The notes beneath the pieces are model-generated. The model was not told the DNA's origin. It saw nothing but the letters and a program-made list of their open reading frames with translations, and did not search any database. The position numbers and the translations under genes were made by a program. A stretch of 64,000 bases of DNA, from assembly GCA_946965045.2 (NCBI GenBank), contig OX337234.1:868001-932000 (forward strand), written 5' to 3'. The stretch's first letter is position 1; each line of letters starts with the position of its first letter. Of the stretch, positions 45,640 through 57,951 are shown in pieces. The DNA is from Epithemia pelagica. Taxonomy: Eukaryota > Protista > Bacillariophyta.

Positions 45640-46383
45640 ATGTCCAGCCCAAACAAGCAAGAGATCGACAAACTTATCCAAGAACTCGAAGAACTCACAA
45701 CTCGACAGAGAGAAGTGCTTGCCCAAATCAAGAGCATCCGGGAAGTTCCCATCGTTGAAGCGACACGGGTTGCCACTGGGGCAAAGTCCCAGCCCGGAGG
45801 GTACGAGACAGGCGACAGTGAAGAAGGCAGTCAGTCGGAAAAGAAGCCGGCGGCCGCGCAGAGAAGAAACAAGTATCAACGATCATTGCCCACTGCATCC
45901 AGTGTGGCCAGTTCAAGCGTGGAAGTCGTTGGAGTCATTCGTCACCAACAATCTCGAGGACAAGAGTCGGACGGCGATACCACTCTTTATTCGGAGAACG
46001 AAGGAGCTGAAAGAGAACCAATCACATATACAACAGCGGAACTCTCGGCATTGAAAAGTGGCTGCACCTTGTGGACCTCAGCAGTTTCAGGGAAGCGGTA
46101 CATCATCCACAAGAAAAGGAGGGCTTTCCGAGTGGGAGACATAGTTCGAATTGTCAATCCCGCTTCGCTCCACGTCGGAGAAGCACCAACCATTTGTGAC
46201 GGCACGGGTGTTGTTGCCCGAGTCACCGCATACCAAGTAATCGTCCACACTGATAGTGGCCAGGACGTTCGACGAGGTAAGAACAACATCCGATATCTCT
46301 CAGCAGAGAAGGATGAGCAGTTCGAGCGCGTCCAACCCGTCCAGCCAGGACGGCGCCCCCAGTTCGCCAGGTACCACGCCTGA
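45640..46383 (+). CDS. Extra ORF upstream of gag (coiled-coil N-terminus, KOW/SH3-like C-terminus)
   Basis: 247-aa ORF between the LTR and gag; FRVGDIVRIVNP...GVVARVT..QVIVHTDSG; overlaps the gag start in another frame. Confidence 0.65.
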   Translation: MSSPNKQEIDKLIQELEELTTRQREVLAQIKSIREVPIVEATRVATGAKSQPGGYETGDSEEGSQSEKKPAAAQRRNKYQRSLPTASSVASSSVEVVGVIRHQQSRGQESDGDTTLYSENEGAEREPITYTTAELSALKSGCTLWTSAVSGKRYIIHKKRRAFRVGDIVRIVNPASLHVGEAPTICDGTGVVARVTAYQVIVHTDSGQDVRRGKNNIRYLSAEKDEQFERVQPVQPGRRPQFARYHA

Positions 46384-49300
46384 AGGGCGTGGTGCTGGTG
46401 GTCCAGGCCGAGGAGGAAGAGGCCGTGGACGAGGAAGAGGACGTGGTGGACGCGGAGGTCGTGGAGGCAGAGGAGGCCACACGAGTAGTAATGCATTCAA
46501 GGGCAACACGGAAGGCATGAACGGCCACGTGTTTCAAGTCTTCCATGAATGCAATGACAAGCGACAGTTCACCCGAACACTGGAAGCATTAGAGGAACAC
46601 TTCGCGAAGACGTTCAAGCATGCGGGCGACATGGTGGTCCTTACCCGAGATTTGAAGAATCCGTCCGTTCAAGAGCCAGCCGATCTCCCAGACGAAGAGA
46701 CGAGTCGCTCGAAGATTGGTATGTTGGTGAGTTATCGCGGACCCCACCAACCGCAAAATCAGCAACAAGGACAATCTTCAACCAGTAATGGGCTCCAGTT
46801 TGCCCAAACAACAACCGCTCCCGTCCCTGGCCTCGACGGAGTTCTGCATGAAGCCATCATCTGCTTCCATTGCCAGGGTCCTGGTCATTATGCAAGCCAG
46901 TGTCCGCATCGGGCCGATAACAACGAGGCAGCCACTGGGGTTACCATGCTCCAGAGCCATGGTCCCGTCCACAACTTCACCTTTCTGCATTTTGATTGTT
47001 GTTTCTCGCAATCACGCCATGTTGCTATACCCGATTCTTGGGTTTTGTTGGACAGCCAGTCCACAGTGTCCGTCTTCCGAAATGCCACCTTGCTCCAACA
47101 CATCCGCCCTGCCGTTTCCCCCCTCACGGTCTACACCAATGGCGGTTCCCAAATCTCTCGTCTTGTTGGGGACATCCCCAATTTTGGCGAAGTATGGTTC
47201 AACCCACAATCTCTGGCCAACATCCTATCCCTTGCTGCTGTCCGTCAGCGGTGCCGTGTCACCATGGACACTGCTGGTGCCTCCGCCATTGCTGTGCACC
47301 GGAAGGATGGTTCGGTAATGCTTTTCAAAGAGAGCCCCATGGGTCTCTATTATTTTGATGTGAACGATCCCACTAACTCTATTAATTCCCCTTCTGCCCC
47401 TTACCTTTTTCTCAATAGTGCGACTGGGTATTCCCCCTGTGAGGTCGAAGGAGCGGATCGTGCCCGTACTCTTTACAGGCAACTCGGTCGACCCTCCCAA
47501 AGCGATTTCCTCGACGCACTGGCAAATAATGTCGTCCAAAACTGTCCCGTCACCCCCGAAGATGCCAAACGCGCCCTCAAAATTTACGGCCCAGACCCCG
47601 CCACCATCAAAGGCAAAACCGTAAAGCGACCGACACCCGCTGCACCACAAGTAGTCCCAACGGATATCCCTACCAAAATCAAGAACGAACACCGACGCGT
47701 GACGATATGCGCGGACAATTTCTACGTCCAAGGTCACATTTTCTGTCACACTATTTCCAAGCACCTCCATTTCCGCACCGTTGCAGCAATCTCCAATCGA
47801 CGCAAAGCAACTCTCGAGAAGGAAATTAAGGACGTCATCAACATGTATCATGCCAGAGGTTTCGAAGTCACAGATTTCCACGCAGATAACGAATTTGCAC
47901 CAATCCAACAGAGAATTCTCCCCGTCCTATCAAACATCGTTGCCGCTGACGACCATGTCGGACAAGTTGAGCGATCCATCAGGACCATCAAGGAGAGGGT
48001 CCGAGCCCTAGTTCACGGCCTACCGTATCGACGCTACCCGTCCCTATTAGTGCGAGAAATCGTGGCGCATGCCGTCCGCACTCTCAACCAACTACCAAGC
48101 AGAAAGGGCGTGTCCACCACCATGAGCCCACGGAAAATAGTGACGGGCCTACCTGACCCGGATTTCAACAACATGCGCATCAAATTCGGCCATTATGCCC
48201 AAATATTCGAAGAAAGACGAAGAACGAACACGACCGCCCCGCGAACCATTGGCGCCATTGCACTCAACCCAACTGGCAACACCCAAGGGAGTTACTACTT
48301 CCTATCCTTAGACACGGGTGCTCGCGTCACACGCCAACAGTGGACAGAGCTCCCCATTACACAAGCGGTAATCGACCGTGTCGAAGAATTGGCTGAACAG
48401 CAAGACCAACCACTCATTGATGGTGAGCTGGTTTTCGAATGGGCCCCGAACATCCCCATCATTGACGACAACGATGAGGTACCCAACGACAACGATGACC
48501 TTTTGAATAACGACGAATCGGACAAAGAAGCGGAAGAAGCGGAAGAAGAAATCAACGACGGGAACAGTGACGACTCTGATCCCAACGAAAACGATGTCGA
48601 GTCAAGCAGTGACGAACCACCGGCATCAGATGAAGATGATGACGACGAGCCACCAATGGTTTCAACAACAGACGATGAAGACAACGACGATGATAATGAC
48701 GACGACGATGATCACGGGGAAATTGAAGAAGAAGAAAGAGCGCACAGTGAAATGGATGAAGATGAAGGAGCGCATCATACACAAGAGTATCAGGATGAAG
48801 ATGAAGGAGCGAACGATTATGACGAGCATAATGATGAAGACGGCGATGGCGAAGCAACCGCCATGTCCGAGGACGACATGCCCCGACACGAGTACAATTT
48901 GAGGAGCGACCGGACACGCTCCTACAGCCACAGACTTGACCACCAAATGGACACCGCGGACGGTAGCACATCATACATGCATATGCAATTTCTCCAACGT
49001 GCGATCCGTCACGCAACAACCAACGTGAACAAACGAAAACCGATCCATTCTTTGGTGGCCCACTTCATATTCACCCAAATGTCTGCCCAAGCAGGCATCA
49101 AGAAACATGGTCAAAAGGCCATAGACGCACTTCTCAAGGAATTCACACAATTAGATAATCAAGATACATTCGATCCCCAGGACGCATCAAAGCTTACGGC
49201 ACAACAGAAGAAAGCAGCCCTCAGATCAGCAAAGAGAAACGCTGTGGCAAGATCAAGGGACGATCGTGCGCGGACGGACGGTCCCAGCGACCACACTACG

Positions 49301-50940
49301 ATAAAAGTGAGACTGCTTCACCAGCCCTGTCAACAGACACCCTGATCATGTCACTGATCATCGACGCGATTGAACGACGGAAAGTCATCACCGCTGACAT
49401 CGCTGGGGCATACCTTAATGCTTTTATGCGCGATTACGTGTTAATGAAGCTCACCGGTGATGTAGTGGACATCTTCTGCCAGATCGACGAGAAATACAAA
49501 AAGTTCGTCGTTATGGAAGGAAAAACCAAGGTACTCTACGTACGACTCAACAAAGAACTGTATGGATGCGTTCAATCTGCACTACTGTGGTACGAGTTGT
49601 TCTCCACAACACTGAAAGAGATGGGTTTCGAACTAAACCCGTACGACTCATGCGTGGCCAACAAAATGATCAACGGACGTCAATGCACTGTAACCTGGTA
49701 CGTGGACGATCTGAAAGCATCGCACGTGGAAGAGAAGGTAATCGAAGATGTCGTGGCAGCAATCGAAGCAAAATTCGGGAAGATGTCGGTGTGTAGAGGA
49801 AAAGAACACACCTATTTGGGAATGAAGATTACAATCAACGACAACGGCACGGTCAGCATTATCATGCCACAATACATCGACGAAGCAATCGACATGTTCG
49901 GCGAGGATGTCACACAAGGAGCATCAACGCCTGCGAGGAAAGGACTTTTCACAATCAAGAAGAATTCACCGATACTCAGCAAAGAAAAGAAGGACAAATT
50001 TCACAGTATCGTGGCAAAATTACTCTACCTGTCACAACGTGCCCGTATAGACATCCAAACGGTCATCGCGTTCCTGTGTACCCGAGTTGCCAAATGCACC
50101 GTCGACGATTGGGCCAAATTGAAACGAGTGCTCCAATATCTGAACGCTACCAAAGAATTGGAATACATTGTCGGAGCAGACGATGTACCTCATCTCAAGA
50201 CATGGGTCGACGCATCATTCGCCGTACATGACGACATGCGCAGCCACACAGGCGGTGTAATGTCCCTTGGGCGAGGTGCTATCATCGCAAAATCAAGAAA
50301 GCAGAAGCTCAACACTAAGAGCTCGACTGAGGCCGAGGTTGTGGGTGCAAGTGACTACCTCCCAAACACGATATGGGCCAAACGATTCCTCGAGGCCCAA
50401 GGATACGAAATAGCAAGCACAAAATTCGCCCAGGACAACCAGAGCGCCATCAAACTAGAGAAAAACGGAAGAGCTTCAGCGGGGAAGCAGTCGCGCCATG
50501 TGGATATCAGATATTTTTTCATAAAAGACCGAATCAAACAAGAAAATATCGACATCCATTACTGCCCAACGGAGGAAATGTTAGCGGATTTTTACACAAA
50601 ACCACTACAAGGGAGTCTTTTCGTCAAGTTCAGAGACGTATTACTCGGACACAAGCCCATCGATTCCCTGCAAGGCTCCCCGTGCGACTCCTCGACTCAT
50701 GAGGAGCGTGTTGGAAATAATGATGAAGACGGAAAAATGATCCACGAGTCCTCAGAGCCACCCGGCGACCAAGTTGAGACAATGACGAGAACTACTTATC
50801 GAAGCAGTCACGAACAATCACGCGAGCGAGAAGGTAAGCGCGTTACGTTCGCTGACGTGGTAAAATACGGGAAACCAAAGACGAGCGAGGCGAAAAAGAC
50901 GAGAGCTCATTCTTTGGAGATAATCAAGAAAGTAAAGTAA
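46313..50940 (+). pseudogene. gag-pol: Copia gag-pol, frameshifted near 49230 and internally deleted
   Basis: RGG tract, CCHC knuckle CFHCQGPGHYASQCP, protease LLDSQST, integrase ADNF/ADNEF/VERSIR, RT DIAGAYL and WYVDDL, RNase H WVDASF. The RT N-terminus KEKRCGKIKGRSCADG is in the downstream frame. Confidence 0.9.
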
Positions 50941-51002
50941 AATTACGTTTTACATCTACGACGATAGCGACGAAGCTGACGGCATCCTTGCATCGTACAA
51001 CA
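50709..51002 (+). repeat. 3' LTR (the pol ORF reads into it, stop at 50940)
   Basis: Direct repeat of 45283-45576. Confidence 0.97.
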
Positions 51003-51021
51003 CCTAGGATGCACCCCGTCT

Positions 51022-52362
51022 TCAGGTCCCTTGTCGTACACCAAAGTCTCCCCATTCCGCCATTTTGCGCACATAAAAATATATGTCTCCCTCCAGTTCG
51101 CGCAAATGACAGGCTTGAGAGAGGCGATGTAATATTCGAGGGACCAACAATCGCAAGGGTACGAGGCTTGGACCAACATTGTTCCTGTCTGCGGTTCGTC
51201 GAGACTCGTATTCAGCCAGGCGCAATTGCCAAAACTTATTGAATCCACGGTGAGCGGCACCCAAATAGAGTTGCAATCGCTGGTCCAATGTGCTGTAGTA
51301 GGGCTTTCCAGCAGCCATTCGTTTTTCCTGAAGGACCAAAGGGTACAGACAATGAACCGGCGTTTCATGACGGGTTCGATAGTTCAGTTCCAAAACTTCC
51401 AAGGTAGAATTGTTTTGCAAAGGCATGACTATTCTCTCGACCAGTCTATCACATTCTTGTTCCGTAGCATCCTTACCAAAATAGAAACCAGAATAGTTCT
51501 GTAGACTCAACTTTTCCAGATTCAGACCAGGCAGCAATGGAACAAGAACTGTCTCAATTCCATGGCGAGTAAAATTGTGGGAATTGAGTTTTAAAACCTT
51601 GAGAGTTTGGTTCTCTTGCAATGCCGTCAAAAGAGTGGCCAGGCCACTATCATTTAGATCACAGTTGCTCATTGAAAGTTCTGTGAGTTTTTTGTTTGAG
51701 ACCAGTGATTCGGCAAGTCTTGAGTATACAACCTGATTGCCCACGTGGTCGTTGACCGAAAGATCCAAATTCACCACACTTTTATTCTCAGCAAGTCCTT
51801 GTGCAAGGCCAAGTAAGCCATTTGGCCGAATTTCTTCGTCGGCAAGGCTAACATGACGCAAGGATGGTAAGCCAACAAAAATGTCAAACAGAGATTCCTT
51901 GACACCATCTCCTTCATTCCCACATGGTCCTGCAAAAGTGCCCCATTCTAAAGCCAGTGTTTCTAAACTGTTCTTAGTACATGAGGCAGTTGAAAGGATG
52001 CGTAAGAGCTCAGAGGAGAAACCAAAACGGGAGTTGACTCTGGATACTTCGCAGTTTATTACAAGCGATTTGAGCCGAAACTTTCCCTCCACGAGTATTC
52101 GAAGGAACTCATTGGATCCTTCTGCCATCACTGTAGGTTTGTAGAAACCAATTCCCTCCAAGACTGTGTTTTGTTGCAATGCGTGGTAGAGTTTGGTAAT
52201 TTCCGGCCCTCGTGCATCGAGGCAGCTTGCTTCTAATTGAGTCTGCGAGGGATCATTTTGTTCCAGCTTTGTCAGCACGCTTATCTCGAACGGATCTGTG
52301 AAAGAATAGGTGGAATCGTCATCCTCAACGTTACTGTCGCTATCACTGGATGAGCCTGACAT
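51022..52362 (-). CDS. RNI-like LRR protein, tandem paralog
   Basis: Intact ORF highly similar to 43551-44903; the Copia is inserted ~15-20 bp past its stop codon. Confidence 0.8.
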   Translation of the reverse strand: MSGSSSDSDSNVEDDDSTYSFTDPFEISVLTKLEQNDPSQTQLEASCLDARGPEITKLYHALQQNTVLEGIGFYKPTVMAEGSNEFLRILVEGKFRLKSLVINCEVSRVNSRFGFSSELLRILSTASCTKNSLETLALEWGTFAGPCGNEGDGVKESLFDIFVGLPSLRHVSLADEEIRPNGLLGLAQGLAENKSVVNLDLSVNDHVGNQVVYSRLAESLVSNKKLTELSMSNCDLNDSGLATLLTALQENQTLKVLKLNSHNFTRHGIETVLVPLLPGLNLEKLSLQNYSGFYFGKDATEQECDRLVERIVMPLQNNSTLEVLELNYRTRHETPVHCLYPLVLQEKRMAAGKPYYSTLDQRLQLYLGAAHRGFNKFWQLRLAEYESRRTADRNNVGPSLVPLRLLVPRILHRLSQACHLRELEGDIYFYVRKMAEWGDFGVRQGT

Positions 52363-52847
52363 TTGGACTTTTGTACTTGTAACTTCTAACAAAACTGATG
52401 CGATGTGATGATGATAGATGATACAAAACAGAGATGCCCACCACAAAACAATCAGAGCACAGAGATAACCTTTTTTGTAGCAATAGCAATAGAGAAGAAT
52501 TATCGTCTGTGGCTGAATGAAATTTTAAACGCGACCTAAAAGCGAATGGATCCGGCATTCGTGGCATGGCGGCCAACCATCATCATCAATCATCACACAA
52601 CGGACCTCCCGCGAGCATCTCATTGATCCTATAATCTCCCAACGAAACAACAGCATTGACAAAGGCGGGACGAATCTCGACTTGAGATTTATTTCTTCCT
52701 TTTGGAAATTGGGAAGCATTGGAGCGCAAAGTAGAGTTGCCCTCCGCACGAGCCCCATAGTTAGACACGAGGAGGAAAACGGTTTCCTTTTTGGTTTCTT
52801 TTGTGGTGTTGCAACGTTTGCCAATTTTCACGTGGGTGTGATTCATC

Positions 52848-54505
52848 ATGACGGTCGTATCTTCCTCCGACGAATGTACCCCCGTGACAACCACCACTGC
52901 AAAGGATGGTTGTGCTTCGCCGGGTTGTACCAATCCAGTTATCAATCGTTTGGCGTGTCCCAAATGCATTCAATTGGGAATTAATCCACCCGCCTATTTT
53001 TGTGGACAAGAGTGTTTCAAAGCCAATTATGGACAACACAAACAAGTCCACACGTTGGCCAAACAAATTCGAGCCGCACAACAAGTTCAACAACAACAAC
53101 AATCCATGTGAGTGCGTGTGGTGTTTGTGTCTTGTAGAAACGTGTTTGCCAAGAAAAGGATATGTACAAAGAGTTGAAACTGGTGTGCTACTGTAATGTT
53201 TTGCCATGTAACATTCTCTGTTCGTTGTCTCAATTTGTGTGCTCTCTCTCTCTCTGCGTTTCTCTTTGGTGCCCCTTTTCCGGATTTGTTTGTTCAATGC
53301 TCAGTGTCAAGCACCGCAAAATGCCACCCTCCGATGGTGGAACTACTTGTGCCTTGGATGCCCCCGACGACGTCAAACTGTCTTTGCCGACCTGGGCCAA
53401 ATTTTATTCCTTTACCGGAGACTTAAGGCCGGCCATGTTGAGTCCCCCACGCACTGTCCCTGAGGGTATTCGACGTCCCGATTACGCCGATGATCCAGCC
53501 GGTGTTTCGTACAGTGAACAACGTGATAAAAATGATCAACGCACCCAATCCTTGCGCGTGTATACGCCGCAGGAATTGGAGGGAACCGACGACGTACCAG
53601 GGATGCGACATGCCTGTCGCATGGGACGCGAAGTCTTGGATGTCGCCGGCAAGGCCTTACGGGTAGGTGTCACGACGGATGAAATTGATCGCATTGTCCA
53701 TGATGCCTGCATCGAACGCGAATGTTATCCCTCGCCCTTGAATTATTACAATTTTCCCAAAAGTGTCTGTACCAGTGTCAATGAAGTCATTTGTCATGGT
53801 ATACCGGACTTTCGAGAAATCCAAGACGGAGGTATGTTGATTTTTCGTGTCGTGATTGCAAATCAGGTCCTGCTTTGGTAGCAATGGAGATTTGGTTGTC
53901 TCAGCAATGCATCGTTCTTCCTTTTTCTTTTTCGTTCTCTTTTTCATCTTGCTTGGCAACCAATGAACCTTGCAGACATTGTCAATTTGGATATTACCAC
54001 GTACAATGCCGGTGGGTTTCACGGGGATTTGAATGAAACCTTTTGTGTGGGCAAGGTCGATGCCGATGGCCAACGCTTGGTCCAAACCGCTTTTGAGTGC
54101 TTGGCCGCGGCCATGGCCATGGTGAAACCGGGAACCCTTTACCGTGATTTGGGAGCCGTCATTGAACGTGTCGCCAAACAAAACAAGTGTAGTGTTGTTC
54201 GGACCTATTGCGGCCATGGCATTGGAACCTTATTTCATACCGTCCCCAACATTCCCCACTATGCCAAAAACAAGGCCAAGGGTACCATGAAAGCCGGCCA
54301 TATTTTTACCATTGAACCCATGATTAATTTGGGAAAATCGGGAGATAAAACCTGGGGAGATAATTGGACGGCCGTCACCTCGGATGGCCAACGATCGGCT
54401 CAATTTGAACACACCATTTTGGTCACCGAGACAGGGTATGACATTTTGACCGGTCGCGACAATGAACCGGTCATGCAATGGCAACCCGAACTCAATTTTC
54501 GATGA
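52848..54505 (+). CDS. MAP1: Methionine aminopeptidase 1 with N-terminal Zn finger; exons 52848-53107, 53305-53831, 53976-54505
   Basis: CASPGC...CPKC...[12 protein letters not shown]; [19 protein letters not shown]; GD-IVNLDIT; GFHGDLNET; GHGIG; IEPMIN; SAQFEHT. Confidence 0.95.
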
Positions 54506-55043
54506 AGAATCCCCTGCAACTCACAGTAGAACGAATCAGAGAAGCGGACGTGGAACGATTGATGGTACAAAAGGAGTTGAACCAATGGTGGGAAGGAGGA
54601 GGAACGGGTGGTGGCCAGTGTCTCCCAACCGTTTCCTCGATGCCTTGGTTTGCTCGTAGACACATGGAATGGTTATTCCATCACTACCATGACGACATCC
54701 ACGTCGTCGGTTATATAGCCATGCTGTATAGGTTCATCATTTCTCCCAATATTCATAATACGAGTAAGTGCGTGTTTGTCGTTGGTGTTTCTGTGACTGG
54801 CAAGAGCGATCTTTGTGCGCATTCATGGCCTATACAGTGGATGGCGCAAGGCCTCAAAAGTCATTGGCCTATCAAAGAATCGTATAGCGTTATATAGGCC
54901 TTGTGTGTACAACTATATGGATTTGTGATGGGTGTGACACCTTTCGTCCGGATGCCAACCGTTTCGTGGTGATGGTTCGATGTTCGATCTTTGTTCATTT
55001 TCTGTTGTGCGATTGTCGTTGCTCCAGACATAAAGCGCATGGT

Positions 55044-57199
55044 CTAGTCTTCATCATCCTCGTCATCCAATTGGAGAGACTGATCAATGGTGGGGAACCA
55101 TTGAAAGTAGCCCCGAAACAAATGGACGGCATGGGTCAAATCGACGGATCCCATGACTTCCCGACAGGAATGCATGGACAATTGAGGCATGCCCAAATCA
55201 ATCGTTCGGACACCGGTCCGAGCGGAAATGGTGGGACCAATGGTGGATCCACACGAACAATCGTTGCGGACGACAAATTCTTGAATCGGGACATTGGTGC
55301 GACGTCCCAATTCGCGCTGAGTCGAGAGAGAAACACCAAAAAGAGAAGAAACCGCAACACACACACACAAAGGAATGAGACACAACGCTTCACAAAAACA
55401 AACACGCACGCAACGGCTCGTCACACAAGAAGAGTCCGACATACCACCAAAAATCCTGTGACAGTGTTGGTTGCATAGCGTTGATTGGAATTGGACTTGA
55501 TCACCAAGCCGGTATTGAGCGTCGGTCCATGAGAAGTTTCATGTTTGCCGGCATAATTGGGATGAATCGCATGGGCTTGATCGACCGACATGCAAAAGGA
55601 TTGCGCCACGACCGATGGATACTCTTCGAGGGGATGATCTTGTCCCAAGGCGCGACTAATTTGTTGCAGGGCTTGTTCCAACACGGGACTCCCGGCTCCG
55701 TGCGTACTGGTACTTCCCACTTCTTCATGATCAAAGGCACACACCAGAGAAATGTGTCGAGCCTCGTCATTGTGCCATTGCGCATGATCGCACAAGGCCG
55801 TAATGGAACAAAAGACGGTGGCCAAATTGTCCAAACGACCCGAATACAAAAATTCCGAATGCAACCCACCCAAGGCGGCCGGTTGAGCATCGTACAAACT
55901 CAAATCCCAATCGGCAATTTGGTCCACATCAATCTTTAACTCTTGGGCAATCCGCTGCAACAACAAGGGTTCCTGACCTTTGCGCCATGGATCCTTTTCT
56001 TCCTTGTCCTCGGTCTTGTCGTCCTCTTTTGATTCAGTTTTGGTTTCTTCTTGTTCCTCCTGTTCCACAGGTGTATTGATTTGTTCTTCGAGGGCTTGTT
56101 CCAATGCCGTTGCCGTCGAGGGATTGGACGACGACGACAAGGACAAAGGATAAGGTTCGACCACAGCTTGCGGCGTCGAGGCCACAATGGGAACCGTATG
56201 GGTTTCTCGATTGAGCGCCAAGGCCTTGCGTTCATCGGCCGTTTGCAAATGAATGCACAGCGACGAAATACGAGCAATAGGATCCGACAATTGGACCAAT
56301 CGATTGGTAATCTTGTGATGGTCCGTACTCGTACGAACCAATACGTTGCCCGACACACTCAAATCGCGATCCAACCAGGTATGCCACAACCCACCGCCAT
56401 AACACTCGACGCCCAATTGAATACAGCCGTGTTTGGCCGAGGGTGCCGTGCATTTGGACCGGGGTTTCAATCGAAAATTGGGTGAATCCGTATGACCACC
56501 GACAATGCAAAAGGGAACAATGTTCTTGTCGTCGTTGGTGTCGTTGTCATGTTTGGAACGAATCGAAGCTTGTCCTCCGACTGTAAAGGCTACCAAGGTC
56601 GATTGTTGTACGGTATAATAATATTTGCCACCGGCTTGGAGAGGATTTTTCTCGTGATGGTGGGGAGACCATTTGGTAAAACCTTGTCGTTTCAATAATT
56701 GAACCGCATTGGAGACGGCATGATAGGGATCGGTCGAGGCGGTCAAGTAGGCCTTGGCCTGTTCGGCCAGGGGCAGAAATTTGTGTTTGGGAATCATTCC
56801 ACTCGTTTTCTTCCTAAGTTTGGTAGATTTCTTGCTTGTCTCGTCGTCGTTGTCGTCTTTTTTCGTGTTGTCGTCGTTGGAGTCCGAGGTTTGGTTGGTC
56901 GCACTGCTGTCACGGACGTCCGATGATGCGGAGGCTGCCGACGCTACGGAGGAACCTCGTCGTTGACTCACCGAATTGGAACGACTGGTGGTCGTGGTCG
57001 TTGTCCACAAGAGGGAAGGAGGAGCAACAATCGACAAGGCGGCTGCTGGAGATTTAAAGGCACGAATCGATGGCAAGTGTGCCAAACTAATCCAAGCGTG
57101 AACGCAACCACCAACCGTAGTGGTCCAAACAACACACCCAATGGCCAACCACAAGGTAACGAAACAGCTTTGCCCACTCGTACTACGACTGGTCCACAT
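55044..57199 (-). CDS. DNPEP: Aspartyl aminopeptidase (peptidase M18), probably plastid-targeted; exons 57199-55445, 55316-55044
   Basis: GGHTDSP, GRLDNL, FDHEEVGS, DQAHAIHPNY, CGSTIGP, QLSMHSCRE; signal peptide followed by AW. Confidence 0.93.
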
Positions 57200-57951
57200 T
57201 CGACCCGCAAGGATTAGCTATTACTCTCTGGTGATGATAGCTGCTGCGGGTGCTGCTACGATTTGACACCACTGCAACCGTTTGGATTCCGAATATCTCG
57301 TCACAACACAGTTGGATGATGGACTGTGAGATAATAGGATCTTTGTGTCTCTCAACGAAAAGACACACCGTGTTGGTGATGGCAACAGCCAACGGTGCGC
57401 GCAGCTGTGTGGTCGTTGACTTTGCTGCTTGCCATTTCTTTCTTCCTCAAGTACGTCTGCCAGTCGGCGGGCTGTCGTCCCCGACCACCAACAAAATTAT
57501 TTTGAAAACCGCGTGTTTGGAAGAGTGGTGTGATGCCATGTCCGAGCTTCGGAACTCCACTGACAACCCAACGGTTCCATAACTGTGGAAAACAGGTTTG
57601 TACACTACACGCCTATTTGGATTTGGCGATCCAATGACGTTTGAGGGAACGTAAAAGCGCGTGGGAGTGGGTCATAGTGACGTGGTTAGGTGACGTCAAT
57701 TGGGCGATTGGACACGTAATGGAGCTGCTGTGGAAGAAGCAGTACGCCGGCCTCACCCACGCCGCGTCCAGCACAGACTCGTAGAATAGTACTTGCAGCG
57801 AGCATCCGGAGGAGCGCATCCACCAACAACAACCAACGACCAATCGAAATCGTCCGTCATTTCAAGCCCGCCACCACACCGTCGTCCTCCTCCCAAGAAT
57901 CATATTACGCAGTCACTCATACACCAGCTATCACCACTTACCACCACCACC

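Larger units (their letters stand above)
45283..51002 (+). mobile_element. Full-length-boundary but defective Copia LTR retrotransposon, recent insertion
   Basis: 294-bp LTRs at 45283-45576 and 50709-51002 (TG...CA, no differences seen by eye). TSD CCTAG at 45278-45282 and 51003-51007. PPT-like GAGGAGCG at 50701-50708. Gag-PR-IN-RT-RH order. Confidence 0.97.
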
